Shown here: piece after piece, positions 38,431 through 47,425 of the stretch
Layout of the letters: each line of letters opens with the position of its first letter
How positions within the stretch are numbered: the stretch's first letter is position 1
Assembly: GCA_016212705.1 (NCBI GenBank)
Contig: JACREU010000070.1
Location: 2,524-66,523 of the forward strand
Direction of reading: 5' to 3'
From: Deltaproteobacteria bacterium
Lineage (GTDB): Bacteria > Desulfobacterota > GWC2-55-46
Length of the DNA stretch: 64,000 bases
Position numbers and translations under genes: made by a program
Notes under the pieces: generated by a model
Database searches by the model: none
Seen by the model: only the letters and a program-made list of their open reading frames with translations
What the model was told of the DNA's origin: nothing

Positions 38431-39297
38431 ATGGATCAGGCTGTGACACTGATGGCGATGGCAGAGAAAGGGGCGTTGATGGAAGATGCGGTATCCACGC
38501 GTGTAATAGCCGTAAGCAGCGGCAAGGGAGGGGTCGGAAAGACCAACTCCGTCGTTAACCTGGCCGTTGCGTTCTCGAGGCTGGGGAAAAGGGTCCTTCT
38601 CCTGGACGCCGACATGGGGCTCGGGAATCTCGACGTGCTCCTGGGGCTCGCGCCCAAATACAACATGGGGCATCTCCTCCGTGGCGAAAAGACCATGGAC
38701 GAGGTCATAGTGCGCGGCCCGGCCGGGATAATGATACTCCCGGCGAGTTCGGGCGTGCAGGAGCTTACCAACCTGTCCCCCGAGGAAAGGCTTTCATTGT
38801 CGTGCCACTTGGAGAGCCTCCAGCACGAGATAGACATAATGATAATAGACACCGGCGCCGGTATTTCGAGCAACGTCCTTTTCTTCAACATGGCGGCGCA
38901 GGAGATAGTCGTAGTCGTCACCCCGGAGCCGACCTCCATCACCGACGCCTACGCCCTCATGAAGGTCCTCCTCCGGAAGCACGGCGAGAGGCGTTTTAAG
39001 CTACTCGTGAACACGGTAAAATCAGAGAAAGAGGCGATAGAGGTCTACAAGAAGATAAGCCTCGCGGCTGAGAGGTTCCTGAACATCTCGGTGGATTACC
39101 TCGGCTTCGTCCTCCACGACGAGAACGTGCCCAGGTCCGTCGTCCAGCAGAAGGCGGTCATGGAGCTTTATCCGGAATCAAAGGCGTCGCTCTGCTACAA
39201 GGAAATAGCCGGGGCCATATGCGAGACCCCGGCAAAGCCGTCCATAAAAGGCGGGCTCCAGTTCTTCTGGAGACAGATGCTTAGCAGAAATATCTAA
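38431..39297 (+). CDS. flhG: MinD/ParA-type ATPase FlhG (FleN/YlxH)
   Basis: N-terminal MDQA activator motif and deviant Walker A SGKGGVGKT. It follows flhF. Confidence 0.9.
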   Translation: MDQAVTLMAMAEKGALMEDAVSTRVIAVSSGKGGVGKTNSVVNLAVAFSRLGKRVLLLDADMGLGNLDVLLGLAPKYNMGHLLRGEKTMDEVIVRGPAGIMILPASSGVQELTNLSPEERLSLSCHLESLQHEIDIMIIDTGAGISSNVLFFNMAAQEIVVVVTPEPTSITDAYALMKVLLRKHGERRFKLLVNTVKSEKEAIEVYKKISLAAERFLNISVDYLGFVLHDENVPRSVVQQKAVMELYPESKASLCYKEIAGAICETPAKPSIKGGLQFFWRQMLSRNI

Positions 39298-39311
39298 TTG
39301 AGGATGGACAG

Positions 39312-40064
39312 ATGACTATCAAAGCCAAGTCTAACCCGAGTCCGTTCCGGGACAAGCTCCTCGAGGACAATATCCACCTGGTGAAGATAATCGCGTACCA
39401 GGTGGCGGTGAACCTGCCTCCGCACATAGACGTCAACGACCTCATAAGCGCGGGCACGATTGGGCTCCTTGAATCCATCGACAGGTTCGATCCAGGGAAG
39501 GGGGTCCAGTTCAACACCTACGCCTCCATCAGGATAAGGGGCGCGATAATGGACGAGCTCCGGTCCATGGACTGGATGACGCGCTCCATGAGAGACAAGT
39601 CCAACCAGCTCGAAAAGGCCTACGGCGAGATCGAGAGAAAGACCGGAAGGCCGGCCGAGGTGGAGGAGGTGGCGAAGTTCCTGGAGATATCGACCGACGA
39701 ACTGCACACAATCTTGAGCCAGGTGAGCGCCTTAAGCGTCCTGAACCTCGAGGACATGGGCATAAACCATTACGACGAAGGCATGGACATCCTCGAGTGC
39801 ATAAAGGACCCCGAGGGTAAGGACCCCATGACCATCGTCAAGTTCAACGAGATCAAAAGGATCATAGCCGAGGCGGTAGAGACGCTACCTGACAAGGAAA
39901 AGCTCATCATCTCGCTCTACTACTACGACGAGCTGACATTGAAGGAGATAGGCAAGGTCCTCGACATCACCGAGTCCAGGGTCTGCCAGCTCCACAGCCA
40001 GACGATGCACAGGCTCAAGGGCAAGCTGAAAAAATGCATCGGCGTCGGGACGCTGTCGGACTGA
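39312..40064 (+). CDS. fliA: Flagellar sigma factor sigma-28 (FliA)
   Basis: Sigma-70 regions 2-4 (FNTYASIRIRGAIMDELR; LTLKEIGKVLDITESRVCQLHSQ), plus position. Confidence 0.9.
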   Translation: MTIKAKSNPSPFRDKLLEDNIHLVKIIAYQVAVNLPPHIDVNDLISAGTIGLLESIDRFDPGKGVQFNTYASIRIRGAIMDELRSMDWMTRSMRDKSNQLEKAYGEIERKTGRPAEVEEVAKFLEISTDELHTILSQVSALSVLNLEDMGINHYDEGMDILECIKDPEGKDPMTIVKFNEIKRIIAEAVETLPDKEKLIISLYYYDELTLKEIGKVLDITESRVCQLHSQTMHRLKGKLKKCIGVGTLSD

Positions 40065-40101
40065 CGGATCATTTCATCACAAATAGCGTGGAAGATAAAA
40101 T

Positions 40102-40128
40102 TAAAGAATCCCGGTACATACCCGATAA
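40102..40128 (+). promoter_or_regulatory. sigma-28-like promoter upstream of the HEAT/che operon
   Basis: TAAAGAAT-N11-CCCGATAA versus consensus TAAAGTTT-N11-GCCGATAA. It is very close to the start codon, only 6-18 nt away. Confidence 0.4.
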
Positions 40129-40133
40129 AAGAA

Positions 40134-42071
40134 GTGAGGGTACGCATGATCGACCAATCAAATATCCGACAGAAGCTCGGCGACGATGACCCGTATGTGA
40201 GGAGAGACGCCTGCGAGGCCATAGGAGAGGCGCGCGCGCTCGACTTCATACAGGAACTCGTCAGGCTCCTCAAGGACGAGCACCCGGGGGTAAGGGAGTC
40301 GGCCCTGAACGCGCTAACATCCATCGGCGGCCGACATGTCGCCGAGGCGATAGCGCCGCTCCTTAAGCTCGAGGACGTCGCGCTCCGGAACATCGGTATA
40401 GAGATATTGCGACAGTTGGGGCCGGAGGCGCTTGAGGCGCTCTCCGGTCTTTTGACGGACAAGGACGACGACGTAGTCAAGTTCGCAATCGACATACTCG
40501 CGTCCATCGGCGAGACCGGGGCCGCGGGGATGATCTCAACGCTCTCGGAGCATAAGAACCCCAACGTAAGGGCCTCAGTAGCCGTCTGTTTCGGCAGGCT
40601 CAGATCCACGGGCTCCGTGCCCGCGCTTTTGAGGATACTTAACGACAGCGAGGAATGGGTGCGTTTCTCGGCCATAGAAGGGCTCGGGCTTCTTCAGGAC
40701 AAGAGCGCGCTCGCCCCGCTTTTAGGCGTCATAGCCGGCGGCTCAGGGCTCTTGAAGGAGGCCGCGCTTGAGTCCCTCGGCAAGATCGCCTCTCATGCCG
40801 ACGCCGCCGAGGTGCTCGTCAAGCTCGAGGAGTTCATAAGGTTCGGCGGCCTCATAAGCCCGAATTCGGTTGTAAGGCTCCTTGAAAAGGCGCTCTCTCC
40901 CGGCTCTACCTTCCGGCCGACGAGGGAGTTCAAGGAGGCGTACTTCTCGTTCCTCTCCTCTGCCATGGAAGACGGCGAGCTGGATTGCAGGCTTTCGGCG
41001 ATCAAGGGTTTTGGCCTCCTTAAGATGCCCGATGGCATCGGACGGGTATTAAAATTCATAAACTCCCAGAAGGAGCTCTCAGAGGATACCGAGGCGCTCC
41101 TCGTGGACGCCATCGTCTCGATGACCGGAGGAGGGCCGATACCCGAGGCGCTCAAGACCGAGGTAGTGAAGGGCGGAAAGGCCCTCAAGGTGATCGTGGG
41201 CACCTTCGGCGAATTGAAGTCCGAGGAGGCGGTCCCGATACTCGCCTCTCTCATAGGCAAGGCCGCCAAGCACGAACTCCGGGAGGTGGTCACGGCGCTC
41301 GAATCTATCGGCTCGCCGGATTCCGTCGACGTGCTCATGAAGGCCCTTAAGAACCCGGACGGGCATACGAGGAAGATCTCGGCGCGCGCTCTCGGCACGC
41401 TCCTCGGCGAAGGAGCACAGGAGGCCCTTTTTGAAGCGCTTCAAAAAGAGGCGTACAGGGACGTCCTCGAGGAGATGACGGACACGGTCGCGACGATAGC
41501 CTCCGAGTACGTTAAAAATGGGCTGTGCGCCCTGCTCTCGAGCCAGCGGGAGGACCTACGCGAGATGGGGGCGAGGGGGCTCGGCCTCGTCGGAGACGAG
41601 GAGGCGCTTCGGTTCCTCCGGGAGGCCGCCAGAGACAGGTCCCCAAACGTAAGGAAGATGTCGTATAAGTCGATGGCGAGGCTCGGGATACCTGAGGCCG
41701 CCGATTCGGTCGTAAGGGGCCTTAAGGATGAAAACGACGACGTCAAGCTCTCGGTGCTGAAGGCCCTCGGCGGCTGGACAGGGGACCTCATAAAGACAGC
41801 GCTCCTGGAGTCCCTGCGCGACAGGAATCTATGGGTCAGATACCACGCCGTGGCCCTTCTCGGTGATATGGAAGACGCCGGGGTCGAGGACGCCGTCATA
41901 GAGGTCTTAAAGAAGGACGAGGCGCCTGTAAAGGCCGCGGCCGCCAAGGCGCTGGAGGCGATCGGGTCGAGGAAGGCGCTTCCCGAGCTTAAGATGTTCG
42001 TGAACCACCCGGACGCCCAGGTGAGGGCGGCCGTCGAGAACGCGATCGAAAGAGTCGAATCTGGATGTTGA
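40134..42071 (+). CDS. HEAT-repeat (PBS-lyase HEAT-like) protein, about 18 repeats
   Basis: Reiterated D..P.VR..A..ALG..G units (DDPYVRRDACEAIGE, EHPGVRESALNALTS, PNVRASVAVCFG, DAQVRAAVENAIE). The track start is a GTG and ATG 40146 is an alternative. The stop overlaps the cheR start. Confidence 0.75.
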   Translation: MRVRMIDQSNIRQKLGDDDPYVRRDACEAIGEARALDFIQELVRLLKDEHPGVRESALNALTSIGGRHVAEAIAPLLKLEDVALRNIGIEILRQLGPEALEALSGLLTDKDDDVVKFAIDILASIGETGAAGMISTLSEHKNPNVRASVAVCFGRLRSTGSVPALLRILNDSEEWVRFSAIEGLGLLQDKSALAPLLGVIAGGSGLLKEAALESLGKIASHADAAEVLVKLEEFIRFGGLISPNSVVRLLEKALSPGSTFRPTREFKEAYFSFLSSAMEDGELDCRLSAIKGFGLLKMPDGIGRVLKFINSQKELSEDTEALLVDAIVSMTGGGPIPEALKTEVVKGGKALKVIVGTFGELKSEEAVPILASLIGKAAKHELREVVTALESIGSPDSVDVLMKALKNPDGHTRKISARALGTLLGEGAQEALFEALQKEAYRDVLEEMTDTVATIASEYVKNGLCALLSSQREDLREMGARGLGLVGDEEALRFLREAARDRSPNVRKMSYKSMARLGIPEAADSVVRGLKDENDDVKLSVLKALGGWTGDLIKTALLESLRDRNLWVRYHAVALLGDMEDAGVEDAVIEVLKKDEAPVKAAAAKALEAIGSRKALPELKMFVNHPDAQVRAAVENAIERVESGC

Positions 42072-42922
42072 CTTTAGGGATAGACACCAAGCCGAAGCTT
42101 TCTTTAGAGATCTTCTGCCTCCTTCGCGACATCATATACGCGAAGTGCGGGATCCAGTTCGGGGAGACGAAGAAGTACCTCCTGGAGACGAGGCTCGCAA
42201 GGAGGATAGAGGAGAAGAACCTGAAATCCTTCGAGGACTATTACTATTATCTCATGTACGACCCGGACAAGGCCAGGGAGTTGAACTACCTGCTTAACTG
42301 CATCGTCACGAACGAGACGAGTTTTTTCAGGGACCCGGCCCAGCTCGACGCCTTCAGGCGCGGGGTCGTGCCGAGGGTCGTAGAGGAGAAGGCAAGGACC
42401 GGGTCGAAGTCCGTAAAGGTCTGGAGCGCGGCCTCGTCCACCGGGGAGGAGCCTTACACGCTGGCGATGATGCTCATGGAGGACCTCTCCCCGAAGGGAT
42501 ACGGACTTGAGGTGCTCGGTAGCGACATAAGCGACAGGGTGCTTAAATCCGCCGAGGCCGGCGTATACGAGAAGTATTCGCTCCGCAACACGCCTGAGGT
42601 CTTCAAGAGCAAGTACTTCGTCCCCAGCGGCCCCGAGTCGTACGCGGTCGCGAGGAAGGTGAGGGATATAGTGAAGTACAGAAAGGTCAACCTCATGGAC
42701 TCTATGGAGACGAGGATGATAAGAGGCATGGACATAATCTTCTGCAGGAACGTCCTAATTTACTTTGACGACGCCTCCAAGAAAAAGGCGGTCACGCACC
42801 TCTACGACAGCCTGAACAAGGGCGGGTACCTGTTCGTGGGCTTCTCGGAGACGCTCCACAGCATAACAAGGCTTTTCAGGCCGGTAGCAATAGAACGCTC
42901 GGTCGTATACCAAAAAGTATAG
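42065..42922 (+). CDS. cheR: Chemotaxis protein methyltransferase CheR
   Basis: TNETSFFRD, VWSAASSTGEEPYTLAM and IFCRNVLIYF. Confidence 0.9.
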   Translation: MLTLGIDTKPKLSLEIFCLLRDIIYAKCGIQFGETKKYLLETRLARRIEEKNLKSFEDYYYYLMYDPDKARELNYLLNCIVTNETSFFRDPAQLDAFRRGVVPRVVEEKARTGSKSVKVWSAASSTGEEPYTLAMMLMEDLSPKGYGLEVLGSDISDRVLKSAEAGVYEKYSLRNTPEVFKSKYFVPSGPESYAVARKVRDIVKYRKVNLMDSMETRMIRGMDIIFCRNVLIYFDDASKKKAVTHLYDSLNKGGYLFVGFSETLHSITRLFRPVAIERSVVYQKV

Positions 42923-42932
42923 GGGTCTGCCA

Positions 42933-43301
42933 ATGCCTATCGACAAAAAAATTCTGATCGTGGACGATTGCGGGACGACCCGAAAACTCCTTACGTACAT
43001 AATCCGGGAGAGGGGGTACAAGATAGTCGGAGCCTCGAACGGTATAGAGGCGCTGGAGGTACTGGCCTCGAACCCGGTGGACCTCGTGGTCACGGACCTT
43101 AACATGCCGCAGATGGACGGGTTCGAGCTCTCAAGGAGCCTGCGCGGCCAGCCGGAATATCAGGAACTGCCGATAATAATGATTACTACGGAATCCGGCG
43201 AAAATGACAGGAGGATGGGCATGGAGGCGGGCGTAAACACATACCTCTCCAAACCCATTACTCCGCAGAGGCTCCTCTACGAGATAGAAAAGCTCATATA
43301 A
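42933..43301 (+). CDS. Stand-alone receiver-domain response regulator (CheY-like)
   Basis: ILIVDD, DLVVTDLNMPQMDG and YLSKP. Confidence 0.85.
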   Translation: MPIDKKILIVDDCGTTRKLLTYIIRERGYKIVGASNGIEALEVLASNPVDLVVTDLNMPQMDGFELSRSLRGQPEYQELPIIMITTESGENDRRMGMEAGVNTYLSKPITPQRLLYEIEKLI

Positions 43302-43343
43302 TGCCCGGCCATTCCAAGCTAAAGTTCAGGAGGAGGATCCAAG

Positions 43344-43739
43344 ATGTACGACCAGAACATGAAGATACTTGTTGTGGATGACTTCTCGACGATGAGGAGG
43401 ATCATTAAGAACATTCTCAAGGAGATCGGGTACACTAACGTGGACGAGGCCGACGACGGCTCCACGGCCCTTGAGAAGCTCAAGTCGGCCAGGTTCGATT
43501 TTGTCGTGACGGACTGGAACATGCCGAACATGCCGGGGATAGACCTCTTGAAGGCCATAAGGCAGGACCCGGACCTGAAGGCCACGCCGGTCCTCATGGT
43601 CACGGCTGAGGCGGCCAAGGAAAACGTTATGACGGCCGTCGCGGCTGGCGTGAACAACTACATAGTCAAGCCATTTACCGCCGCGGCCCTCAAGGAGAGG
43701 ATCGACCTGATCCTTGAAAAGCTCAAGGCCACGCCGTAA
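43344..43739 (+). CDS. cheY: Chemotaxis response regulator CheY
   Basis: [34 protein letters not shown] and [13 protein letters not shown] closely resemble enteric CheY. Confidence 0.9.
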   Translation: MYDQNMKILVVDDFSTMRRIIKNILKEIGYTNVDEADDGSTALEKLKSARFDFVVTDWNMPNMPGIDLLKAIRQDPDLKATPVLMVTAEAAKENVMTAVAAGVNNYIVKPFTAAALKERIDLILEKLKATP

Positions 43740-43787
43740 CAGCCCTAAAAAAACACTTGAGAGGACGCTGAAAGGAGAAATGCCATA

Positions 43788-44363
43788 ATGGACGCCAAGA
43801 ACTGGAACGACGTCATGTCAAAGATAAAAGAGGAACTCTCCAGCCTCGCCCAGTTTGTCGATAAGACGAGGAGAGGTATAGACACGCTGGAGACGACGGT
43901 AAAGGCCGGGACCGAGCGTTTCCCGGAGGCCTCGAACCAGATAGCCGCCGTGACAGGCGACCTCGAGAACGCCGCCAACAACATAATGTCGATACTCGAA
44001 GGGCTCATGACCGAGCAGGAAAGGATGCACACGGTACTCGCGTCCATCACAGAGTGGGCGCGGGGCCTCCCGGAGGGAGCATCGGAAAAGGGCCGCGGCT
44101 TCATAAAGGAGCTCACCGCCGTGCACGAGAAGACGAAGACCGATCTCATGGACATTTTCACCAACATGTCCTTCCACGACCTCTCCGGACAGAAGCTCAA
44201 AAAAGTCATGAGCTCTCTCGCCGTGGTAGAGTCGAAGCTCCTTGAGATGGCCTTGAGTTTCGGGTTTGATGACGCTGGAAAGGGCCGCACTGACGCGGCA
44301 CAGCCTGAAAAACCTATGAACCAGGATGTCGTCGACAGACTGCTTAAAGAGCTCGGGGCATAG
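43788..44363 (+). CDS. cheZ: CheZ-like CheY-P phosphatase
   Basis: MSFHDLSGQKLKKV corresponds to the CheZ catalytic FQDLTGQ motif. C-terminal QDVVDRLLKELGA resembles the CheZ CheY-binding peptide QDQVDDLLDSLGF. Confidence 0.75.
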   Translation: MDAKNWNDVMSKIKEELSSLAQFVDKTRRGIDTLETTVKAGTERFPEASNQIAAVTGDLENAANNIMSILEGLMTEQERMHTVLASITEWARGLPEGASEKGRGFIKELTAVHEKTKTDLMDIFTNMSFHDLSGQKLKKVMSSLAVVESKLLEMALSFGFDDAGKGRTDAAQPEKPMNQDVVDRLLKELGA

Positions 44364-44391
44364 AGCTGTAAGAGAACATACCGGAGGCCGT

Positions 44392-46236
44392 ATGTCTTTT
44401 CCGTCTGATGAGATGGACGATATAGTAAACGACTTTATCGCCGAGGCGTCCGAGGGGCTTGAGTCCCTCGACCAGAAGTTCATCGAGCTCGAGAAGAACC
44501 CCGGCGACACCGTGCTCCTTAACGACATCTTCAGGTCGATACACACGATAAAGGGAGCGGCGGGCTTCCTGGGCTTCCAGCAGATGGTCGATGTCACCCA
44601 CGTGACCGAGGACGTGCTCAACAAGCTCAGGAAGGGCGATATTGCCGTGGACGCCGGGATCATGGACGCCATACTCGAGTCCGTGGACCTCATAAAGGTC
44701 ATCCTCAATAATATCAGGGAGAAGAACGGCAGGACCGAGGACACATCCGGGACTATTGCGCTATTGACGCGGATATTGAGCGCAATCAAGGCGGAGACGG
44801 AGCCTCCTGCGGCCAGAGAGACAGGGCCTTCGGCGCCTGCGCCGGTCGAGGCGCCGAAGGCGCAGGAGCCGGTTACGGAGAGCGCGCCTGCGGCAAAGGC
44901 CGCGGATAGCGCGCCAACCCCCGTTGATCCGCCGAAGACAGGGCCGGGCGCGGATAAGGTCGTAGATATACCCAGGCTTGAGGCGAAACCGCAGGCCCCG
45001 GAGGCGAAACAGCAGAAGGACGAGGGCGGGGGCAAAGAGAAGGAGCAGTCGATAAGGGTCGACATCGAAAGGCTTGACTCGGTGCTGAACCTGGCCGGAG
45101 AGCTGGTGCTATCGAGGAACAGGCTCATGCGGCTCGGCTCCAGGCTCCCTGAGACGGACGCCGAGGAAGAACTCGTCTCCCATATGAACGAGGCGATAGC
45201 CCAGCTCGATCTCGTCACGACCGACCTCCAGCTCGCCGTAATGAAGATGAGGATGCAGCCCATAGCAAAGGTCTTCAATAAGTTTCCGAGGATGGTCCGG
45301 GACCTCGCAAGGCAGAACAATAAGGAAGTGGAGCTCGTCATAAGAGGCGAGGAGACGGAGCTCGACAAGACCGTTATAGAGGAGCTCGGGGACCCGCTCG
45401 TCCACCTCATCAGGAACGCACTCGACCACGGCATGGAGACCCCGGAGGAGAGGGTGGCCGCGGGCAAGCCGAGGTGCGGCACCGTCTCCCTTTCCGCCTA
45501 TCAGGAGGGCAGGAACATAATCGTGTCGATTGCTGAGGACGGACGCGGGATGAACCCGGTCCATATAAAGAATTCCGCCATTGAGAAGGGGCTCCTGACC
45601 GAGGACGAGGCAGGGAGATTATCCAACAAGGACGCGCTTAACCTGATATTCATACCCGGCTTTTCCACAGCCAAGAAGGTGAGCAACATCTCCGGGCGCG
45701 GCGTGGGGATGGATGTCGTGAAAACAAACATCACACGGATAAACGGGTCTATCGACATCGATTCCGAGGTCGGCAGAGGGACGACTATCACCTTCAGTCT
45801 CCCGCTTACGCTCGCAATCATTCAGGCGCTTACGGTCGATGCGGGCGGAGAGGTCTACGGCATACCGCTTTCAACCGTCATCGAGAACATCAGGGTCGCC
45901 GACTGCGATATAAAGACCGTGGACAGCAGGGAGGTCATTCAGATAAGGGACAGGGTCTACCCCGTCGTCAGGCTCGGCGCGCTCGTCTCCGGCAACATTA
46001 CGACGGCGAAATCCGAGTGGAAGTACATAGTCCTCATAGGCATAGGCGAAAAGAGGTTCGGGATACTCGTAGACAGGCTCCACGGCCAGGAGGAGATAGT
46101 CATGAAGTCGATGGGCGAGTACCTGAAGGGGACCGAAGGCATAGCCGGCGCGTGCATAACCGGCGACGGCAACGTCATATTGATACTCGACCTCGCCGGG
46201 CTTATGCATGCGGCCCAGAGGTCGTACGCGTTCTGA
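44392..46236 (+). CDS. cheA: Chemotaxis histidine kinase CheA
   Basis: Hpt domain HTIKGAAGFLG, dimerisation, HATPase (DDGRGM-like EDGRGM, GRGVGMDVV) and a CheW-like C-terminus. The start was set to ATG 44392, which has a GGAGG RBS. Confidence 0.95.
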   Translation: MSFPSDEMDDIVNDFIAEASEGLESLDQKFIELEKNPGDTVLLNDIFRSIHTIKGAAGFLGFQQMVDVTHVTEDVLNKLRKGDIAVDAGIMDAILESVDLIKVILNNIREKNGRTEDTSGTIALLTRILSAIKAETEPPAARETGPSAPAPVEAPKAQEPVTESAPAAKAADSAPTPVDPPKTGPGADKVVDIPRLEAKPQAPEAKQQKDEGGGKEKEQSIRVDIERLDSVLNLAGELVLSRNRLMRLGSRLPETDAEEELVSHMNEAIAQLDLVTTDLQLAVMKMRMQPIAKVFNKFPRMVRDLARQNNKEVELVIRGEETELDKTVIEELGDPLVHLIRNALDHGMETPEERVAAGKPRCGTVSLSAYQEGRNIIVSIAEDGRGMNPVHIKNSAIEKGLLTEDEAGRLSNKDALNLIFIPGFSTAKKVSNISGRGVGMDVVKTNITRINGSIDIDSEVGRGTTITFSLPLTLAIIQALTVDAGGEVYGIPLSTVIENIRVADCDIKTVDSREVIQIRDRVYPVVRLGALVSGNITTAKSEWKYIVLIGIGEKRFGILVDRLHGQEEIVMKSMGEYLKGTEGIAGACITGDGNVILILDLAGLMHAAQRSYAF

Positions 46237-46250
46237 AGTCAGGGGGGGAG

Positions 46251-47318
46251 ATGACAGGCAGTAAGATCAGGGTGCTCATAGTCGACGATTCGGCGTTCAT
46301 GCGGAGAGTCATAAAGCAGATGCTCGAGACAGACCCCGGCATCGTGGCCGTAGGCGCGGCCAGAGACGGCGCCGAGGGCGTCGAGCTCGCGCTCTCCCTG
46401 AAACCCGACGTCATAACTATGGACATAGAGATGCCGAGGATGACCGGGTTGGAGGCGACTGAAGCGATAATGGAGAAGGCGCCGACGCCGATAATCATGG
46501 TCAGCTCCCTTACGAAGGAGGGCGCCAAGGCCACCTTTGACGCGCTGGACAAGGGCGCGGCCGATTACATTTCGAAAAACCTCTCGACCTCGTCGTTTGA
46601 CATGATGAAGATACAGGAGGAGCTCATCTCCAAGGTCAAGGCGGTCTCGCTTAAGAAGAACAGGCTCCTCGGCCTCTCCGGCTTCAAGAAGCCAGCGGCA
46701 GCGCCCTCGCCGGCAGTGACGCCTGCGAAGAGGAGCTTCGTAACGCAGAAGATTGCCTTCGTGGCCATAGGGGCGTCGACCGGCGGGCCGAGGGCCATCC
46801 AGGAGGTCCTCTCTCACCTTCCGGCCGGTCTTACGACGCCTTTTCTCGTAGCCATACACATGCCGAGGGCCTTTACCGGGGCGTTTGCCGAGAGGTTGAA
46901 CGACCTCTGCGGCCTCGAGGTGAAGGAGGCGGAGAACGGGGAGATGATAAAGGCCGGGCGCGTGCTCCTGACCCCCGGCGGCTCGCAGACGAGGATCAGG
47001 AAGCGCGGGACCTTCGATTTCAGCGTTGAGATAAACAACGAGCCCTTCGGAGCGCTCTACAAGCCTTCCGTGGACGTATCGATGACGTCGGTGGCCGAGT
47101 GCTATCCCGGCAGGTCGCTCGGCGTGATCCTTACCGGCATGGGGCACGACGGGAGAGAGGGGATGAGGCTCATAAAGGAGAAGGGCGGGAAGACCCTTGC
47201 GCAGAACGAGGAGACCTGCACGGTCTACGGCATGCCGAAGGCCGTCGTCGACGCGGGGCTCGCCGACAAGGTAGTGCCCCTTGACAACATAGCGGGCGAG
47301 ATAATCAACATGATTTGA
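46251..47318 (+). CDS. cheB: Chemotaxis methylesterase/response regulator CheB
   Basis: REC domain (VLIVDDSAFMR, DVITMDIEMPRMTG) and esterase domain (IGASTGGP, HMP, GMGHDG). The start was set to ATG 46251. Confidence 0.95.
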   Translation: MTGSKIRVLIVDDSAFMRRVIKQMLETDPGIVAVGAARDGAEGVELALSLKPDVITMDIEMPRMTGLEATEAIMEKAPTPIIMVSSLTKEGAKATFDALDKGAADYISKNLSTSSFDMMKIQEELISKVKAVSLKKNRLLGLSGFKKPAAAPSPAVTPAKRSFVTQKIAFVAIGASTGGPRAIQEVLSHLPAGLTTPFLVAIHMPRAFTGAFAERLNDLCGLEVKEAENGEMIKAGRVLLTPGGSQTRIRKRGTFDFSVEINNEPFGALYKPSVDVSMTSVAECYPGRSLGVILTGMGHDGREGMRLIKEKGGKTLAQNEETCTVYGMPKAVVDAGLADKVVPLDNIAGEIINMI

Positions 47319-47425
47319 CAGGCCGCTCCTAAGTCCATCAAAGTTCGCTTCGCTTCTCGACGCCTCTCATCTGGGGCTTTTTGAGCGACCTGAACAATTT
47401 ATTTTTTTAGGCAACTCTTCTCTTT

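Noticed and set aside
43818-45482. 554-aa minus-strand ORF antisense to cheZ/cheA. Other long antisense ORFs of the same kind include 36118-37269, 20357-21400, 50750-51796, 28573-29535, 21369-22295, 46239-47147 and 25011-26314.
   Set aside because: They fully overlap confidently identified plus-strand genes. They are Ser/Ala/Pro/Arg-rich and low-complexity, and they lack RBSs and recognisable motifs. Such shadow ORFs are typical of GC-rich coding DNA.
46017-46250. Long N-terminal extensions offered by the ORF track for cheB (46017), cheA (44326), flgF (53423), fliP (32262), fliR (33312), fliQ (33079) and the small TM protein (52760).
   Set aside because: The extensions overlap upstream genes or promoters and have non-homologous, Arg-rich sequence. 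Internal in-frame ATGs with RBSs give canonical N-termini.
47340-47372. Possible sigma-28 promoter upstream of motA (CAAAGTTC...CGACGCCT).
   Set aside because: The -10 half matches GCCGATAA at too few positions in any register, so there is not enough support.
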